Shown: positions 1 through 10,087, counted from the stretch's first letter. The stretch is 64,000 bases of DNA from a bacterium (GCA_017458675.1 JAFTAM010000169.1:9111-73110), one strand, 5' to 3'. Notes: generated by a model not told the origin, from the sequence alone. Made by a program: numbers and translations.

Positions 1-405
1 CAAAGCTTCAACCTGCGAAAGCTCGAAATGAATATAGAGCCATTCCAAATATTTAGCTCCGAGACGTATATTTATTTCCGGGTCCAGCAATAACTCGGAT
101 TTTTTTTCAGGGAGCTCAATACCGCAGGTGTCAGCTATCCACCAGGCCGTCTGAGGCATGAGCTGCATGAGCCCCAGAGCCCCTGCCTCTGAGCGGGACT
201 TTTCATTAAAGCCGCTCTCCGTCATTATTACGGCCGCCAACAGATAAGGAGATATATGAGCTTCCGAAGCCGCAGCCGCTACAGTTTCTTTATATTTCAA
301 AGGATAAAAAATTTTGCCGACCTGAAAATGGGCGCAGATAAGCCATACCGACAGAATCGCCGCTAAAATCAGAAATATAACCTTTACAGCTTTTCTTTGC
401 TTCAA
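1..405 (-). CDS. Lytic transglycosylase (SLT domain), membrane-anchored. The 3' end is cut by the window edge.
   Basis: The reverse-strand translation from TTG at 405 starts with a hydrophobic anchor (VIFLILAAILSVWLI). It is followed by the SLT signature VIMTESGFNEKSRSEAGALGLMQLMPQTA. The frame stays open to position 1. This ORF is absent from the supplied track because it is truncated. Confidence 0.6.
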   Translation of the reverse strand, partial: MKQRKAVKVIFLILAAILSVWLICAHFQVGKIFYPLKYKETVAAAASEAHISPYLLAAVIMTESGFNEKSRSEAGALGLMQLMPQTAWWIADTCGIELPEKKSELLLDPEINIRLGAKYLEWLYIHFELSQVEAL

Positions 406-406
406 C

Positions 407-1051
407 TTATCCTTCCGCCGGCTCAAAATGCTCATGCCAAGCTGCCTCAATCTCTCGGCGCAGATCGTCCAGGCTGCCGTTGTTATCGATCAGAACATCG
501 GCTCTGGCGGCCTTGTCGGCAGCTTTCATCTGAGAATCGAGACGGGCCTGCGCTTCCTCCGGACTCAGCCTGTCGCGCCTGAGCAAGCGCTTAAGCTGAA
601 TATCTTCCGAAGTGTCCACTACCCAAACCTTGCTGACCGCCGCTTCGGCCCCGTGCTCAAAAAGCAGGGGCGCGGCAATAAAAACGGCCTTGTTGGTCAT
701 AGCCGCCTCGGCCGCCATCTCGAAGGCCCGTTTCCAAATTCGCCGCTGCATTATATCATTTAGCTTCTGTAAAGCCTCTTTGGAGCCGAATACCAGAGAA
801 GCTAAATACTTGCGCTTCAGTTCTCCCTTCCCGTCCAATATCCGGCTGCCGAAAGCCTCGGTCAGCAATTTCAGAGCTTCGCTGCCTGGCACGGTGAGTT
901 CTCTGCTGATGATATCGCAGTCAATTATTACCGCCCCCAACTCCCTCAGAACAGCAGCGGCTTCGCTCTTGCCGCAGGCTATGCCTCCGGTCAAACCGAA
1001 AATACGCTCCGAAACCCGTTTTATCAAAAGATCCGTTTCTGCCATTTCCAT
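407..1051 (-). CDS. coaE: Dephospho-CoA kinase
   Basis: P-loop GLTGGIACGKS near the N-terminus. Length of 214 aa and overall CoaE-like layout. Confidence 0.9.
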   Translation of the reverse strand: MEMAETDLLIKRVSERIFGLTGGIACGKSEAAAVLRELGAVIIDCDIISRELTVPGSEALKLLTEAFGSRILDGKGELKRKYLASLVFGSKEALQKLNDIMQRRIWKRAFEMAAEAAMTNKAVFIAAPLLFEHGAEAAVSKVWVVDTSEDIQLKRLLRRDRLSPEEAQARLDSQMKAADKAARADVLIDNNGSLDDLRREIEAAWHEHFEPAEG

Positions 1052-1189
1052 AACGATTATAAAAGGCGCTCCGCCCTGATTCTATACGAACAAAAAAAAT
1101 CGACGGGGAAAACAAATTTCGCTTTCGCAAATTACCGTTCTTCCCGCCGATTTATTCGCTGGCCGATTTAGAAAACCGCCATTTGGCCT

Positions 1190-2455
1190 CTATTTGTCAG
1201 AAGCGTCGCTGCTGACGATATCGTTGGCGTTGATCTTATCCTTGCCTAATTTAGCGGCCAACAAATCGCCGATGCTGTTGCCGCTGCCGCCCTCGTTATG
1301 ACGGACGCGTCCGGCGTTGCTGTTTTCGGTGTGCTCGCCCTGCTGAACGCGCTTGATAGACAAAGTAATGCGGCGCTGGTCGCGCATAATCTCGATAATC
1401 TCAGCCTTGACTTCCTGGTCGACCTTAAGTACATCGGCAGGCTTATTGACATGGTCGCGATCCATCTCGCTCACGGGGATAAGACCCTCGACGCCGGGAG
1501 CCACTTCCATGAAGGCATATTTATTAGCCAAACGGGTGATGCGGCCCTTGACGACCTCGCCGACTTTGTACTTGTCGCAGGCGGCCAAGAACGGATCGGG
1601 AGCGGCCTGACGCAGAGACAGGGAAATCTTGCCGTTGGCTCTGTCAATCTTCAGGACCAAAACGTCAACCTGCTGACCGACGCTGACTACATCGGCGGGC
1701 TGTTTAATGCGCTTCCAGGAAAGTTCGGAGATGTGCACGAGTCCGTCGACTCCGCCAAGGTTTACAAAGGCGCCGAAATTAGTCAATCTGGCTACCGTAC
1801 CGGAAACGATGCTGCCTTCGGAGAGCTTATTCATAGTATTCTCTTTGGCCTGACGTCTCTCTTCTTCAACGGCCTTCTTGCGGGAAAGGACCACCTTATG
1901 GCGGTTCTTGTCGACTTCCAGGACCTTCAGAGAAAGCTGCTCGCCGACATATTCGCTCAGATCGCGAACGGGACGGACATCAACATGAGAAGCAGGGACA
2001 AAGCCGCGAAGTCCGACGTCTACGATCAAACCGCCCTTAACCTGATCGGTGCAGGTAGCGGTGATGGTTTCCTGGGTCTCATGGCAGTGCATCACGTTTC
2101 TCCAGGCAGCTTCGTTGTCAGCCTGGCGCTTGGAGAGCAGAAGTCCTCCGTTTTCGCCTTCGCCGTCGCCGATCTTGTGGACCATCACATTGATCGTGTC
2201 TCCGACCTTCAAAACGTCGACCGGGGAAACGTCTTTAGCATTGCTCACCTGCTCAGCGGGAATAAACCCATCCGTCTTATAGCCTACGTCAACATAAGCT
2301 CCACGCTCATCGACACTAATGACCTTGCCGGTTAAAAAATCGCCCTTGTGAATAGGCTTAATGTTCTTCTCGAACTCCTCCAAGGCCGAAGCCATGTCCT
2401 GGCTGCTTTCCTCGTTAGCGGCCTCGTTAGCGTTTAAAACTTCCTGATTGTCCAT
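1190..2455 (-). CDS. rpsA: 30S ribosomal protein S1 (four S1 domains)
   Basis: Repeated S1/OB motifs ([72 protein letters not shown]). 421 aa. Confidence 0.9.
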   Translation of the reverse strand: MDNQEVLNANEAANEESSQDMASALEEFEKNIKPIHKGDFLTGKVISVDERGAYVDVGYKTDGFIPAEQVSNAKDVSPVDVLKVGDTINVMVHKIGDGEGENGGLLLSKRQADNEAAWRNVMHCHETQETITATCTDQVKGGLIVDVGLRGFVPASHVDVRPVRDLSEYVGEQLSLKVLEVDKNRHKVVLSRKKAVEEERRQAKENTMNKLSEGSIVSGTVARLTNFGAFVNLGGVDGLVHISELSWKRIKQPADVVSVGQQVDVLVLKIDRANGKISLSLRQAAPDPFLAACDKYKVGEVVKGRITRLANKYAFMEVAPGVEGLIPVSEMDRDHVNKPADVLKVDQEVKAEIIEIMRDQRRITLSIKRVQQGEHTENSNAGRVRHNEGGSGNSIGDLLAAKLGKDKINANDIVSSDASDK

Positions 2456-2641
2456 TCCAATAATTCCTTAGGTAAACCCCTTCAGACTCTCGAGCCTTTA
2501 GGGGAAGATATGGTCACTGAGCTCATATATGGCCCGTTTATCTATTGAGGATTCTTGCAAGAGAAACTCTTTCCTTCCTATATAGTTCTAAATAAACATA
2601 TTTTTTTATTTTTTTTAAGCAGAAAAGACTTCTCAGGCAGC

Positions 2642-5338
2642 TTAGTTAAGCGTGTATTCCACCTTTATATCAAATCCGTAAGCGGACTGCAGACAAAGCT
2701 CACGGCAGCGCTCGGCAATTTCACGCTGACGGTCCTTGGGAGAGCATACCACAATGATATTGCCGCAGGGGAATACCAAAACCTGCGATCCGAACTCTTT
2801 ATAAATACTTACTAAAATTTTTCGGAAAATATCGGCGCAGCTTCCCTCTGCCGGCATTGCCCTGGCAAAGCGTTCTGCGTTTTCTCTCACGCTGTAATTG
2901 CGGCTGCCCGCCTCAAAAGGTACGCAGAAACGGCCGGCGGCCGTGGTCAGGTCCTCCATAGCCGAGGCCCGGGACTGACAGCGCAGAATGTAGTCCCAGC
3001 ATACGGGATAATGCTTGCTGAAGGCATTTTCGAACTTGCGCAGCAATTTTTCAGCCGCAGCCGGGCCTTCCTCCTCGCTCAGGGATAGACGTCTGGCCAG
3101 CCAGGCCGGACTGTAAACAAAGAACAGCATATCTACAATCAGATTTCGTGCGCCTACCAAACCGCTGAAGTCTCCAAAGACCTCTTCCAAAAGCATTTTT
3201 TCAACGTCCTTTTCGGAAGCCAGGTCCTCTCTGAGAGCGCTGTCGCCGGACATCTCCGCATACATATACAGAGCCATGGCCGGGAAACTCAGAAATATTA
3301 GGCTGGAATTAACGCCCCTGGGGCGCAGAAAAGAATCGATGACCTGGGCCAAAGGCCGGCGTATTACATTGTATTCCAAATTATAAACCGAGGAAACCAT
3401 GCGATACATAGTCTCTATGCCGCCGTGGCAGACGGCGCGTCCCAAAAGCTGCAGGCGCCTCTCAGAAGGCAGAGCCAGATTAAACAGATGACCGCCGACC
3501 TCCGCATTTAAACGGCCTTCCTTCATAAACTGACCGACGAAGACCTTTTTAAATTCCGAAAGCTCATAATGACAGCGGATTTTTTCTACTATAGGATTCT
3601 GATCCTGCAGAGAACGAAGCATCTCAGCGCTTAAGGCCGAGCCGTTCTTAGGTCTGGTGGGGACCAGAAGAGAGAGCTTTTCAAATAAATAATTCTTAAC
3701 CTCTTCTTCAGAATCCAAATCGAGTTCGTCCAGTCCCGATTCCGACAGGAATTCCGCTTTGAGCTCCTTTAAATTTTCATCCAGCAGATCGGCAATTTTC
3801 TCGACCGACTGTTCGTCAAAGCCGATACCGTCATGGTTCAAATGCCAGGAGACAAACGCCAGAGGAATTTCTATCTCAAAATAGACCTCCTCCAGTTTGC
3901 GCTCCTTTAAAATATCCAGCATCCGCCCGCCCAATCCGGTCAGAATGTCGGCCGCTCTGGAGGTCCAGGCCATACGTCCCTCGGGAGAAGAATTCTCCCA
4001 GTTATCGCCGCAGGCCCCAAAAAGCATGCGGTCGTAAACAGCCAGACCGAAACGGGCGCAGACAGATTCAACGGAATGATCCCAGGAATTTATGAAAAGC
4101 AGCTCGGAAAGCAGATCGACGGCATAAACGCCGCTGTAGTCCTCAATGCCGTTTCTGATAATTTCATTAAAGTTTAAAACAAACTTTCGGCGGTTCTTAT
4201 CTGCGAAGACGGGCTTGAGCCAGTCCAGGACCCGCTCCTGCAAGCCGGCGCAGGAAGCTTCCGTAAAATCTATATATACGGGTTCCAGGCTCTCGCAGCT
4301 CAGACTGAGGCCTAAGACATTTTCATGCTCGTCGGCCAGCCAAACTGCGGAAATATCCTCCGCCGTCTCCGCAAAGGGCTGCAGCGCATCAAAAAGATTA
4401 TCAGCGGGCAAGGGGCTCAGAGGTATGCGTCCGGGTCCTTCTTCTGCGGCAAAGCGCTCCATGTATTTTATTAAGCCGCCGAAGCCCTCTACCTGGAAGA
4501 GATTAAGCACTCGGCCCACTATGTTTACGGGGAAGCCTTTAAATTCACATTCCTGCCAATCGATATGCAGAGGCAGATCGAACCTGATGGTGGAACGCGA
4601 CAGAAATTCAAAGGCGTCGTCCCGGTTCTCCGACAGCGGGTTACGCCACTTGGCAGGAAGCTGACCGAGGGAATCAAAAAGCTCTGTAAGAGAGCTGTAC
4701 TGAGAGAGCAGACGTTTAGCCGTAACTTCGCCTATTCCCGGAACTCCGCCGATATTTTGGCTGGAATCGCCGGCTAAAGCGCGCAGATCCGCCAGCTGAG
4801 CCGGACGCAGATTGTATTTTTTCTTAACCAGCGCCTCGTCGTAAATTACGGCGTCGGCAATGCCCCTCCGCATAGTCATGACCTTAACATGAGGAGAAAC
4901 CAACTGCATGAGTTCCAAATCTCCGGCCACAATCAAGGTTTCAAAGCCGTCCTGAGAAGCCTTGGCGGCCAGGGTTGCTATGCAGTCGTCAGCCTCAAAA
5001 CCGGGCAGACGAAAAGCTTTTATTCCGCAGAGCTGCACAAAATCTTCGACCACGGGAAGCTGATCGGCCAAATCGTCCAGCATTTCCTCGCGCTGCACGT
5101 TGTAGCTCTGGAATTTCATCAGTGTGTCTACAAAGGCGCCGTGATCAAAAGCGACGGCTATATGGGTAGGACGTTCGGAGATAACTGCGTTCAGCAATAG
5201 GTTAATAAAACCTAATACAGCGTTTACGGGAAACCCCTGATTAAGTCTGCGGAAAGGCAGAGCATAAAAAGATCTGTAAGCTAAACCGTTGCCGTCTATT
5301 AAAAGCAGCTTTTTTTGCTTATTGTCCGAACCGTTCAC
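2642..5338 (-). CDS. polA: DNA polymerase I family protein. The 5'-3' exonuclease (FEN) domain is conserved and the polymerase-domain catalytic motifs are degenerate.
   Basis: N-terminal motifs: LLLIDGNGLAYRSFYA, FEADDCIATLA, GDSSQNIGGVPGIGEVTAKRLL. The C-terminus is colinear with the Pol I palm/fingers (EMSGDSAL, ERFARAMPAEGSCADIF, CSPKDRQREIAER), but motifs A, B and C are substituted (see findings). Confidence 0.85.
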   Translation of the reverse strand: MNGSDNKQKKLLLIDGNGLAYRSFYALPFRRLNQGFPVNAVLGFINLLLNAVISERPTHIAVAFDHGAFVDTLMKFQSYNVQREEMLDDLADQLPVVEDFVQLCGIKAFRLPGFEADDCIATLAAKASQDGFETLIVAGDLELMQLVSPHVKVMTMRRGIADAVIYDEALVKKKYNLRPAQLADLRALAGDSSQNIGGVPGIGEVTAKRLLSQYSSLTELFDSLGQLPAKWRNPLSENRDDAFEFLSRSTIRFDLPLHIDWQECEFKGFPVNIVGRVLNLFQVEGFGGLIKYMERFAAEEGPGRIPLSPLPADNLFDALQPFAETAEDISAVWLADEHENVLGLSLSCESLEPVYIDFTEASCAGLQERVLDWLKPVFADKNRRKFVLNFNEIIRNGIEDYSGVYAVDLLSELLFINSWDHSVESVCARFGLAVYDRMLFGACGDNWENSSPEGRMAWTSRAADILTGLGGRMLDILKERKLEEVYFEIEIPLAFVSWHLNHDGIGFDEQSVEKIADLLDENLKELKAEFLSESGLDELDLDSEEEVKNYLFEKLSLLVPTRPKNGSALSAEMLRSLQDQNPIVEKIRCHYELSEFKKVFVGQFMKEGRLNAEVGGHLFNLALPSERRLQLLGRAVCHGGIETMYRMVSSVYNLEYNVIRRPLAQVIDSFLRPRGVNSSLIFLSFPAMALYMYAEMSGDSALREDLASEKDVEKMLLEEVFGDFSGLVGARNLIVDMLFFVYSPAWLARRLSLSEEEGPAAAEKLLRKFENAFSKHYPVCWDYILRCQSRASAMEDLTTAAGRFCVPFEAGSRNYSVRENAERFARAMPAEGSCADIFRKILVSIYKEFGSQVLVFPCGNIIVVCSPKDRQREIAERCRELCLQSAYGFDIKVEYTLN

Positions 5339-5489
5339 TTGTTACTCCAAATACTGCGAAAGCTTATTGATCGCACAAAAAAAGTACATCTGTTCTATAT
5401 TCGACAAAATTTCAAATAAACCTACTTCACCCGAACGGCTGTCGGAGATACAGTTTTATATAAAATAAGCGTCTCTGCTCTTCAGCTCA

Positions 5490-6806
5490 TTACAAAACAT
5501 TGGGAATAATCAGCAGTCTGGCTACGGTAAGATACACCAGCAATCCCGTAACATCAACAAAAGTAGCGACAAAAGGAGCGGAAGCGCTGGCCGGGTCAAA
5601 GCGGAACAAACGCAGAATAAAAGGCAGAGTAGATCCTGCCAGACAGCCCAATAAAACTACTCCGGCCACCGATATAGCTATAGTATAAGCTAAATGCAGA
5701 TATAAATTTCCGTAGACGCCGTTCAGAAAAAATTCTCCCAGCAGAACCCGCATCATACCGATAACTCCCAGAATAAGCCCCATTGCGGTTCCTGCGCCCA
5801 GCTCGCGCTTAAATACCTGGAACCAATCGCGGAGCTTAACCTCTCCCATGGCCATGGCTCTGATAACCAAGGTGGAAGCCTGAGAGCCGGAGTTGCCGCC
5901 GCTGGAAATAATCAGGGGAATAAAAATAGCCAAGTACCATACCCTGTTTAATTCGTTTTCGAAACCGGCCATGGCAAAGGTAGTCAGCATTTCCCCTATC
6001 AGCAGCATAATCAGCCAGCCGACGCGCTTTTTTATCAGCTCCGATATGCTGGTGCGCAGATACGATTCGTCCAGCGCTTCCATGCCGCCGTATTTCTGCA
6101 CGTCCTCAGTAGCTTCTTCCTGAATGACGTCAATGACGTCGTCGGCCGTAATCAGACCGATCATACGGCCCTGTACGTCGACAACCGGCATAGCGGTCAG
6201 ACCGAAGCGGGAGAATAGCGTGCCGACTTCCTCCTGATCCATATATTCGGTACAGGTGACGACGTCTTTCTCGGCCAGCTCGGTAATGAGATCGTTATTG
6301 TTGGCCGCCAGCAAAGCGCCCAGGGATACTTCGCCTATCAGCTGCTGGTCTGAATCGAGCACATATACATGCTCCAAAGAAATATTCTCCTGAGCCTGAA
6401 TATGCAGATAATTTATGGCGGCCTCTACAGTCATGGTAGGCCGCACCCTGGCAAAACTGGGATTCATCAGGCCGCCGGCGTCGTCTTCGGCATAGGCCAG
6501 CAGAGCGCTGACTTTATCGTGCGTCCGGGCGTCCAGCAGGCCCAGCCACTCGTCGGCCTCTTCCTTGGGAAGCTCCAGCAGAATATCGGCGATATCGTCA
6601 AGGTCAAGATAACGCAGCCAGGAGCGCCGCTCGGAGACGTTCATCGTCGCCAGAAGTTCCGCCTGATCGTTGATATTCATACAATCTATCAGGTTTTCCG
6701 CTTCATCCAGGGGCAGAGCTCTGAAAAGCTCAATGCGCCTTTCGCTTTCCAGACGCGGCCAATCGCGCAGGGTCTGCTCAAACTGTTCCTGTTTCTCAGT
6801 CTCCAT
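5490..6806 (-). CDS. mgtE: Magnesium transporter MgtE
   Basis: MgtE N-domain, a CBS pair (VLDSDQQLIGEVS..., VVDVQGRMIGLITADDV) and a C-terminal 5-TM MgtE channel domain (SSGGNSGSQAST). Confidence 0.9.
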   Translation of the reverse strand: METEKQEQFEQTLRDWPRLESERRIELFRALPLDEAENLIDCMNINDQAELLATMNVSERRSWLRYLDLDDIADILLELPKEEADEWLGLLDARTHDKVSALLAYAEDDAGGLMNPSFARVRPTMTVEAAINYLHIQAQENISLEHVYVLDSDQQLIGEVSLGALLAANNNDLITELAEKDVVTCTEYMDQEEVGTLFSRFGLTAMPVVDVQGRMIGLITADDVIDVIQEEATEDVQKYGGMEALDESYLRTSISELIKKRVGWLIMLLIGEMLTTFAMAGFENELNRVWYLAIFIPLIISSGGNSGSQASTLVIRAMAMGEVKLRDWFQVFKRELGAGTAMGLILGVIGMMRVLLGEFFLNGVYGNLYLHLAYTIAISVAGVVLLGCLAGSTLPFILRLFRFDPASASAPFVATFVDVTGLLVYLTVARLLIIPNVL

Positions 6807-6835
6807 AGCAATAATCCCAATCCGACATAATCTGC

Positions 6836-6855
6836 CGTTTATCTGCAGATAAACG
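6836..6855. promoter_or_regulatory. Perfect 20-nt palindrome (cgtttatctg/cagataaacg) about 30 nt upstream of the mgtE start. Candidate operator or leader hairpin.
   Basis: Read directly from the sequence. The two 10-nt halves are exact reverse complements. Confidence 0.3.
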
Positions 6856-7023
6856 CAAGGTCCGGTCCGCTTTTGACAGATCAGATATCGGCATACCCAA
6901 TCTCAGTAAGACAAACCAAACAAATATTAAACGTATACCTTCTATACCGATCAAATTTTTTCCCCCGTTTGCCGCCTCCGGCCGCGCCTGCGGAAAAAGC
7001 GCGGCCGCGGCGGGCGAACCGGC

Positions 7024-7052
7024 AAAAAAAAACAGCCGCGGGACCGCGGCTG
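7024..7052 (-). terminator. Rho-independent terminator after the DUF4340 gene
   Basis: Minus strand reads cagccgcgg-tc-ccgcggctg followed by a T9 run. It begins about 27 nt after the stop at 7079. Confidence 0.7.
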
Positions 7053-7078
7053 CAGCTGAAGCTGCAATAATGCAGCTT

Positions 7079-8590
7079 TTATTTTTCCTTTTTTTCTTTG
7101 GGGCCTTCCAGGGAAAGCTGCTCATAAGCCTTTATCCAGAGAGAACGGGGATCGTTGGCCAGAAGCAGACTCTTTCCGCTCTTGTCGGCGACTATATACC
7201 TGCCTTCCTCAGCGGACAGCTCTCTTATGACAAATTCCCTGCTTCCGCCGTTATCGCCGCCTTCAAGAGAAAGCCTGGCTTCGGCGACGGCGGGAAGCTT
7301 ATCGGGTTCCTTAACCTCAAGCTTCTCCTTCCACTGCAGGTCGGCAAGGCTGTATAAAAGATCTTCGGCAGCCGAATTAACCTTTGCTTCATTGCTGATG
7401 GATTTTTCCGGCTTAATAACCTCCCAGCCGCCCTTTATGCGCCGGGCTTCCGTTTCAAAAGCGCCCTCGCTCCTCTTGGATTCAACCCTTACGCTGAACT
7501 TCTGCACGTCCTCCATGGAGAATACGGCTATATGCTTATCGGTCAAGTCGTCGAAACGAAGTCCCAGCAGGCTTTTTAAGCCGCCTGCCAGAGCGCTGTA
7601 ATCGACTTCCATATATTCGTCCGGATTGGTGCGGTGAGCATAAAGAGTATCCTTTTTGCCCGGAACTCCGGCGCCGAACTCCAGAATCATGTCGCCCTTG
7701 TTCTTGCCCAGAGTTACAAAATAGCGGCCCCTGAGCTTACCCAGCTTATTCTTTTCGTCAGGATGCAGATAGCGCGAAACCTTGAGATTGCGCAGAGACC
7801 ATATAAAATCGTTGGTCTTGGTCATATCCGCCGCCGTCGTCTCTCCGCTCCGATCGCTGATGAACCACTTGTCGCTGCTGCTGATGTCGGGCTCAGAGTC
7901 CTCGTCAGCAGCTTCTGAAGTCTTGCCGTCTCTGCTCCTGTGCAGACTCAGCTCAAACCAATCCGGCCTGCTGCCCTCATAGGAGTCGTATTTAAGCTTA
8001 ACCAATTTGCCGGGCGCCGCAGGCAGAAAATCCTTTTCGATAAGCTCGGTAAGCGGCATGCTCAGAGTTTTGACAAAGTCTCCGGGGACCTCGATAACGG
8101 CTTCGGGCTTCTCGCCCGTATAAGCATAATAACCGCTCTCATCCTCAGCCTCGGCGCCTAAGACCAGAACCGACTTTTCTTCTTTTCCGTCCCGTCGGTA
8201 ATTAAGAACCAGCTTATATTTCGGCTTATCCAGACAAAACTGAGCCAGAGAAGCCGCCGGCGGAGCGTCCATTATCTTTTCAACCATCGACAGATCAGCT
8301 AGGCTGTGAACCAGCCCGCTGAAAATCGCCGAGTCTATCCTTACTTTATGGCCGTTAGGCAGAAGAGCCAGCCAGCCTATGCCGTCCTTCTGATAGACGG
8401 TCCGGCTGTCCTCGGTCTCCTGACCGTCCGACCAGACAATTGAGATGAATTCCTGAGGATTTATCGGAACAAAGACCCGCTTTTGAGCGGTTTCCTCCTC
8501 CAGCTTGCGTTCTCCGCCGCGGATATCGTGAAAATACCAAAACCCGCCCAAAATCAGGACGAGGATCAGCATTTTTACCCATCTCTGCAT
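7079..8590 (-). CDS. DUF4340-like protein, the N-terminally anchored last gene of the GldA/F/G-type ABC module
   Basis: Single N-terminal TM (MLILVLILGGFWYF). Its position directly after a GldG-like gene is the usual DUF4340 context. No catalytic motifs seen. Confidence 0.55.
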   Translation of the reverse strand: MQRWVKMLILVLILGGFWYFHDIRGGERKLEEETAQKRVFVPINPQEFISIVWSDGQETEDSRTVYQKDGIGWLALLPNGHKVRIDSAIFSGLVHSLADLSMVEKIMDAPPAASLAQFCLDKPKYKLVLNYRRDGKEEKSVLVLGAEAEDESGYYAYTGEKPEAVIEVPGDFVKTLSMPLTELIEKDFLPAAPGKLVKLKYDSYEGSRPDWFELSLHRSRDGKTSEAADEDSEPDISSSDKWFISDRSGETTAADMTKTNDFIWSLRNLKVSRYLHPDEKNKLGKLRGRYFVTLGKNKGDMILEFGAGVPGKKDTLYAHRTNPDEYMEVDYSALAGGLKSLLGLRFDDLTDKHIAVFSMEDVQKFSVRVESKRSEGAFETEARRIKGGWEVIKPEKSISNEAKVNSAAEDLLYSLADLQWKEKLEVKEPDKLPAVAEARLSLEGGDNGGSREFVIRELSAEEGRYIVADKSGKSLLLANDPRSLWIKAYEQLSLEGPKEKKEK

Positions 8591-8593
8591 AGC

Positions 8594-10087
8594 TTACTTC
8601 TTCTTTCTCTTCATTACTACCGACAGGCCGTAGAAGAACACAATGCCGGGAACAATCAGAACCACAATAATTCCGAAAACGACGAAAGCGCGGGTCGAAA
8701 GCATAAGGGGCTCGCTGGAGGCTTCCTTGGCGCGAATTTCCATATTGGTTTCGCTGCCGCCCATCCAGCCGAACATGTTCAGCACCAGATCTTTGTTGGC
8801 AAACTGCGCGGCGTCGAAGAGTTCGTTGGAAAGGAAATCGGCGTCGCCGGAAACGATGCTGCGGGATTTCTTCGTATCCTTGTGCTCGTTGCCGTTCTTA
8901 TCCTTGGTAGTTATGCCGCGTTCGCTCTTGTCTTTGGCAATTTCACGCTCGACGGTCTGAATCAGAGGTATGTTCACGCCCTGGCGTATAGGTTTGACCT
9001 TTTCGCCCTTGGCCAGGTTTTCAATGTTCTTCAGACTTACAGACAGAGCGTTGATATCGGTGCTGACAATAGGCGTTATGCTCAAGCTGCCGGCTTTGAC
9101 CTTATTGTCGCGGTCTATGGGACGGGCGGTCTTATAGCAGCTGGGCAGGCGCATGCCCTTGGTAGCCGTGCAGGAGCCGTCATAGACGTTTGTCGCCACA
9201 AAAACCGGCTCGGCGCCGGCATAAGCCATTTTAATATCATAGACCAATTCTTCCGGGGATTTCACGCCCAGCTTGCTGAGCAGCCAGTCGTAATTGTCGG
9301 CGCTGTCCATATCCAGGCAAAGGAACAGATTGCCGCCCTTGTCAAGCCATTTTTCCATGAGATGGCGTTCCGTCAGATTAAAAGCGGTTACAGGAGCTAT
9401 TATGGCAATATTTTCTATATCCTCGGGAATGCTGGAGCCGATACTAAAGTGTTCTACTCTGTATCCCTCCGCCAGCAGAGCCTTTTTGAGCTTGGATACC
9501 GATTCCAGACTCTTCTCGAAACCGCGCTCTCCGTGACCCTCAAGGAAATAAATGGTATTCTTGTTTCGGTTTGATATTGAAACCAGCGCTCCGGTTACGC
9601 CTTCCTCGCTTACGTCATATAAGCGCTCGGTGCGTTTGCCGCATTTGACGATAACGTCGCCGTTGCCCTTGGCGCCCATCTCCTTGGCTTTAATGGGGTT
9701 CTTGCGCAAGTCGATAAACTCATAGGATACTTTGCTGTCTCTGAGCGCGACATAGCCTTCCATTACATTATTTATGTTGGTTTTGCGGTCGCCGTCTGAG
9801 TCGGAGACAAAGAAATAAAAATCTACGGGTTCTCTGAGAGAGCGCACCGCTTTAAGACTGAACTCAGACAGAGTATAGCGCTTATGCGCGGTAAGATCCC
9901 ATTTAAAGACGTTGCTGACCGAAATCAGCAGCGCCATGACCAGGGCGATTACGCCCAGAGCGACGGCCGCCGAAGCCTGCATGGCCAAGCTTACCCGGCG
10001 CTTGGAATTGCTTACAGGAACATCCTCAGCGTTCTTTTCGAGCCTCGCCCTTCTTCTTCTTTTAGATGAATCATTAAACTCGTCCAT
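8594..10087 (-). CDS. GldG-like auxiliary component of an ABC-type transport system
   Basis: N- and C-terminal TM helices with a central IYFLEGHGERGFE motif typical of the GldG/ABC_transp_aux family. Adjacent to an ABC-2 permease and ATPase. Confidence 0.7.
   Translation of the reverse strand: MDEFNDSSKRRRRARLEKNAEDVPVSNSKRRVSLAMQASAAVALGVIALVMALLISVSNVFKWDLTAHKRYTLSEFSLKAVRSLREPVDFYFFVSDSDGDRKTNINNVMEGYVALRDSKVSYEFIDLRKNPIKAKEMGAKGNGDVIVKCGKRTERLYDVSEEGVTGALVSISNRNKNTIYFLEGHGERGFEKSLESVSKLKKALLAEGYRVEHFSIGSSIPEDIENIAIIAPVTAFNLTERHLMEKWLDKGGNLFLCLDMDSADNYDWLLSKLGVKSPEELVYDIKMAYAGAEPVFVATNVYDGSCTATKGMRLPSCYKTARPIDRDNKVKAGSLSITPIVSTDINALSVSLKNIENLAKGEKVKPIRQGVNIPLIQTVEREIAKDKSERGITTKDKNGNEHKDTKKSRSIVSGDADFLSNELFDAAQFANKDLVLNMFGWMGGSETNMEIRAKEASSEPLMLSTRAFVVFGIIVVLIVPGIVFFYGLSVVMKRKKK

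Noticed and set aside
1298-2335. Long antisense ORFs opposite well-supported genes. Examples: 1298-2335(+), 8483-9574(+), 25212-26357(-), 34089-34988(-), 35799-36545(-), 46734-47735(+), 53286-54209(+), 55020-56243(+), 61694-62347(-).
   Set aside because: Each lies entirely within a gene with clear family motifs on the other strand. Their translations are low-complexity (Gly/Ala/Arg/Leu-rich) with no motifs. This is typical of shadow ORFs in moderately GC-rich DNA.
6807-7023. Possible M-box riboswitch upstream of mgtE
   Set aside because: I could not find the conserved M-box blocks (for example the GUUAGGUGAGGCU-type segment) on the minus strand. Only the palindrome is reported. This needs an Infernal run to be definitive.
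6796-7125. 109-aa ORF in the mgtE / DUF4340 spacer
   Set aside because: It overlaps both flanking genes and spans the terminator hairpins. Its composition (poly-Ala/Lys) derives from the GC hairpins and the A-run.
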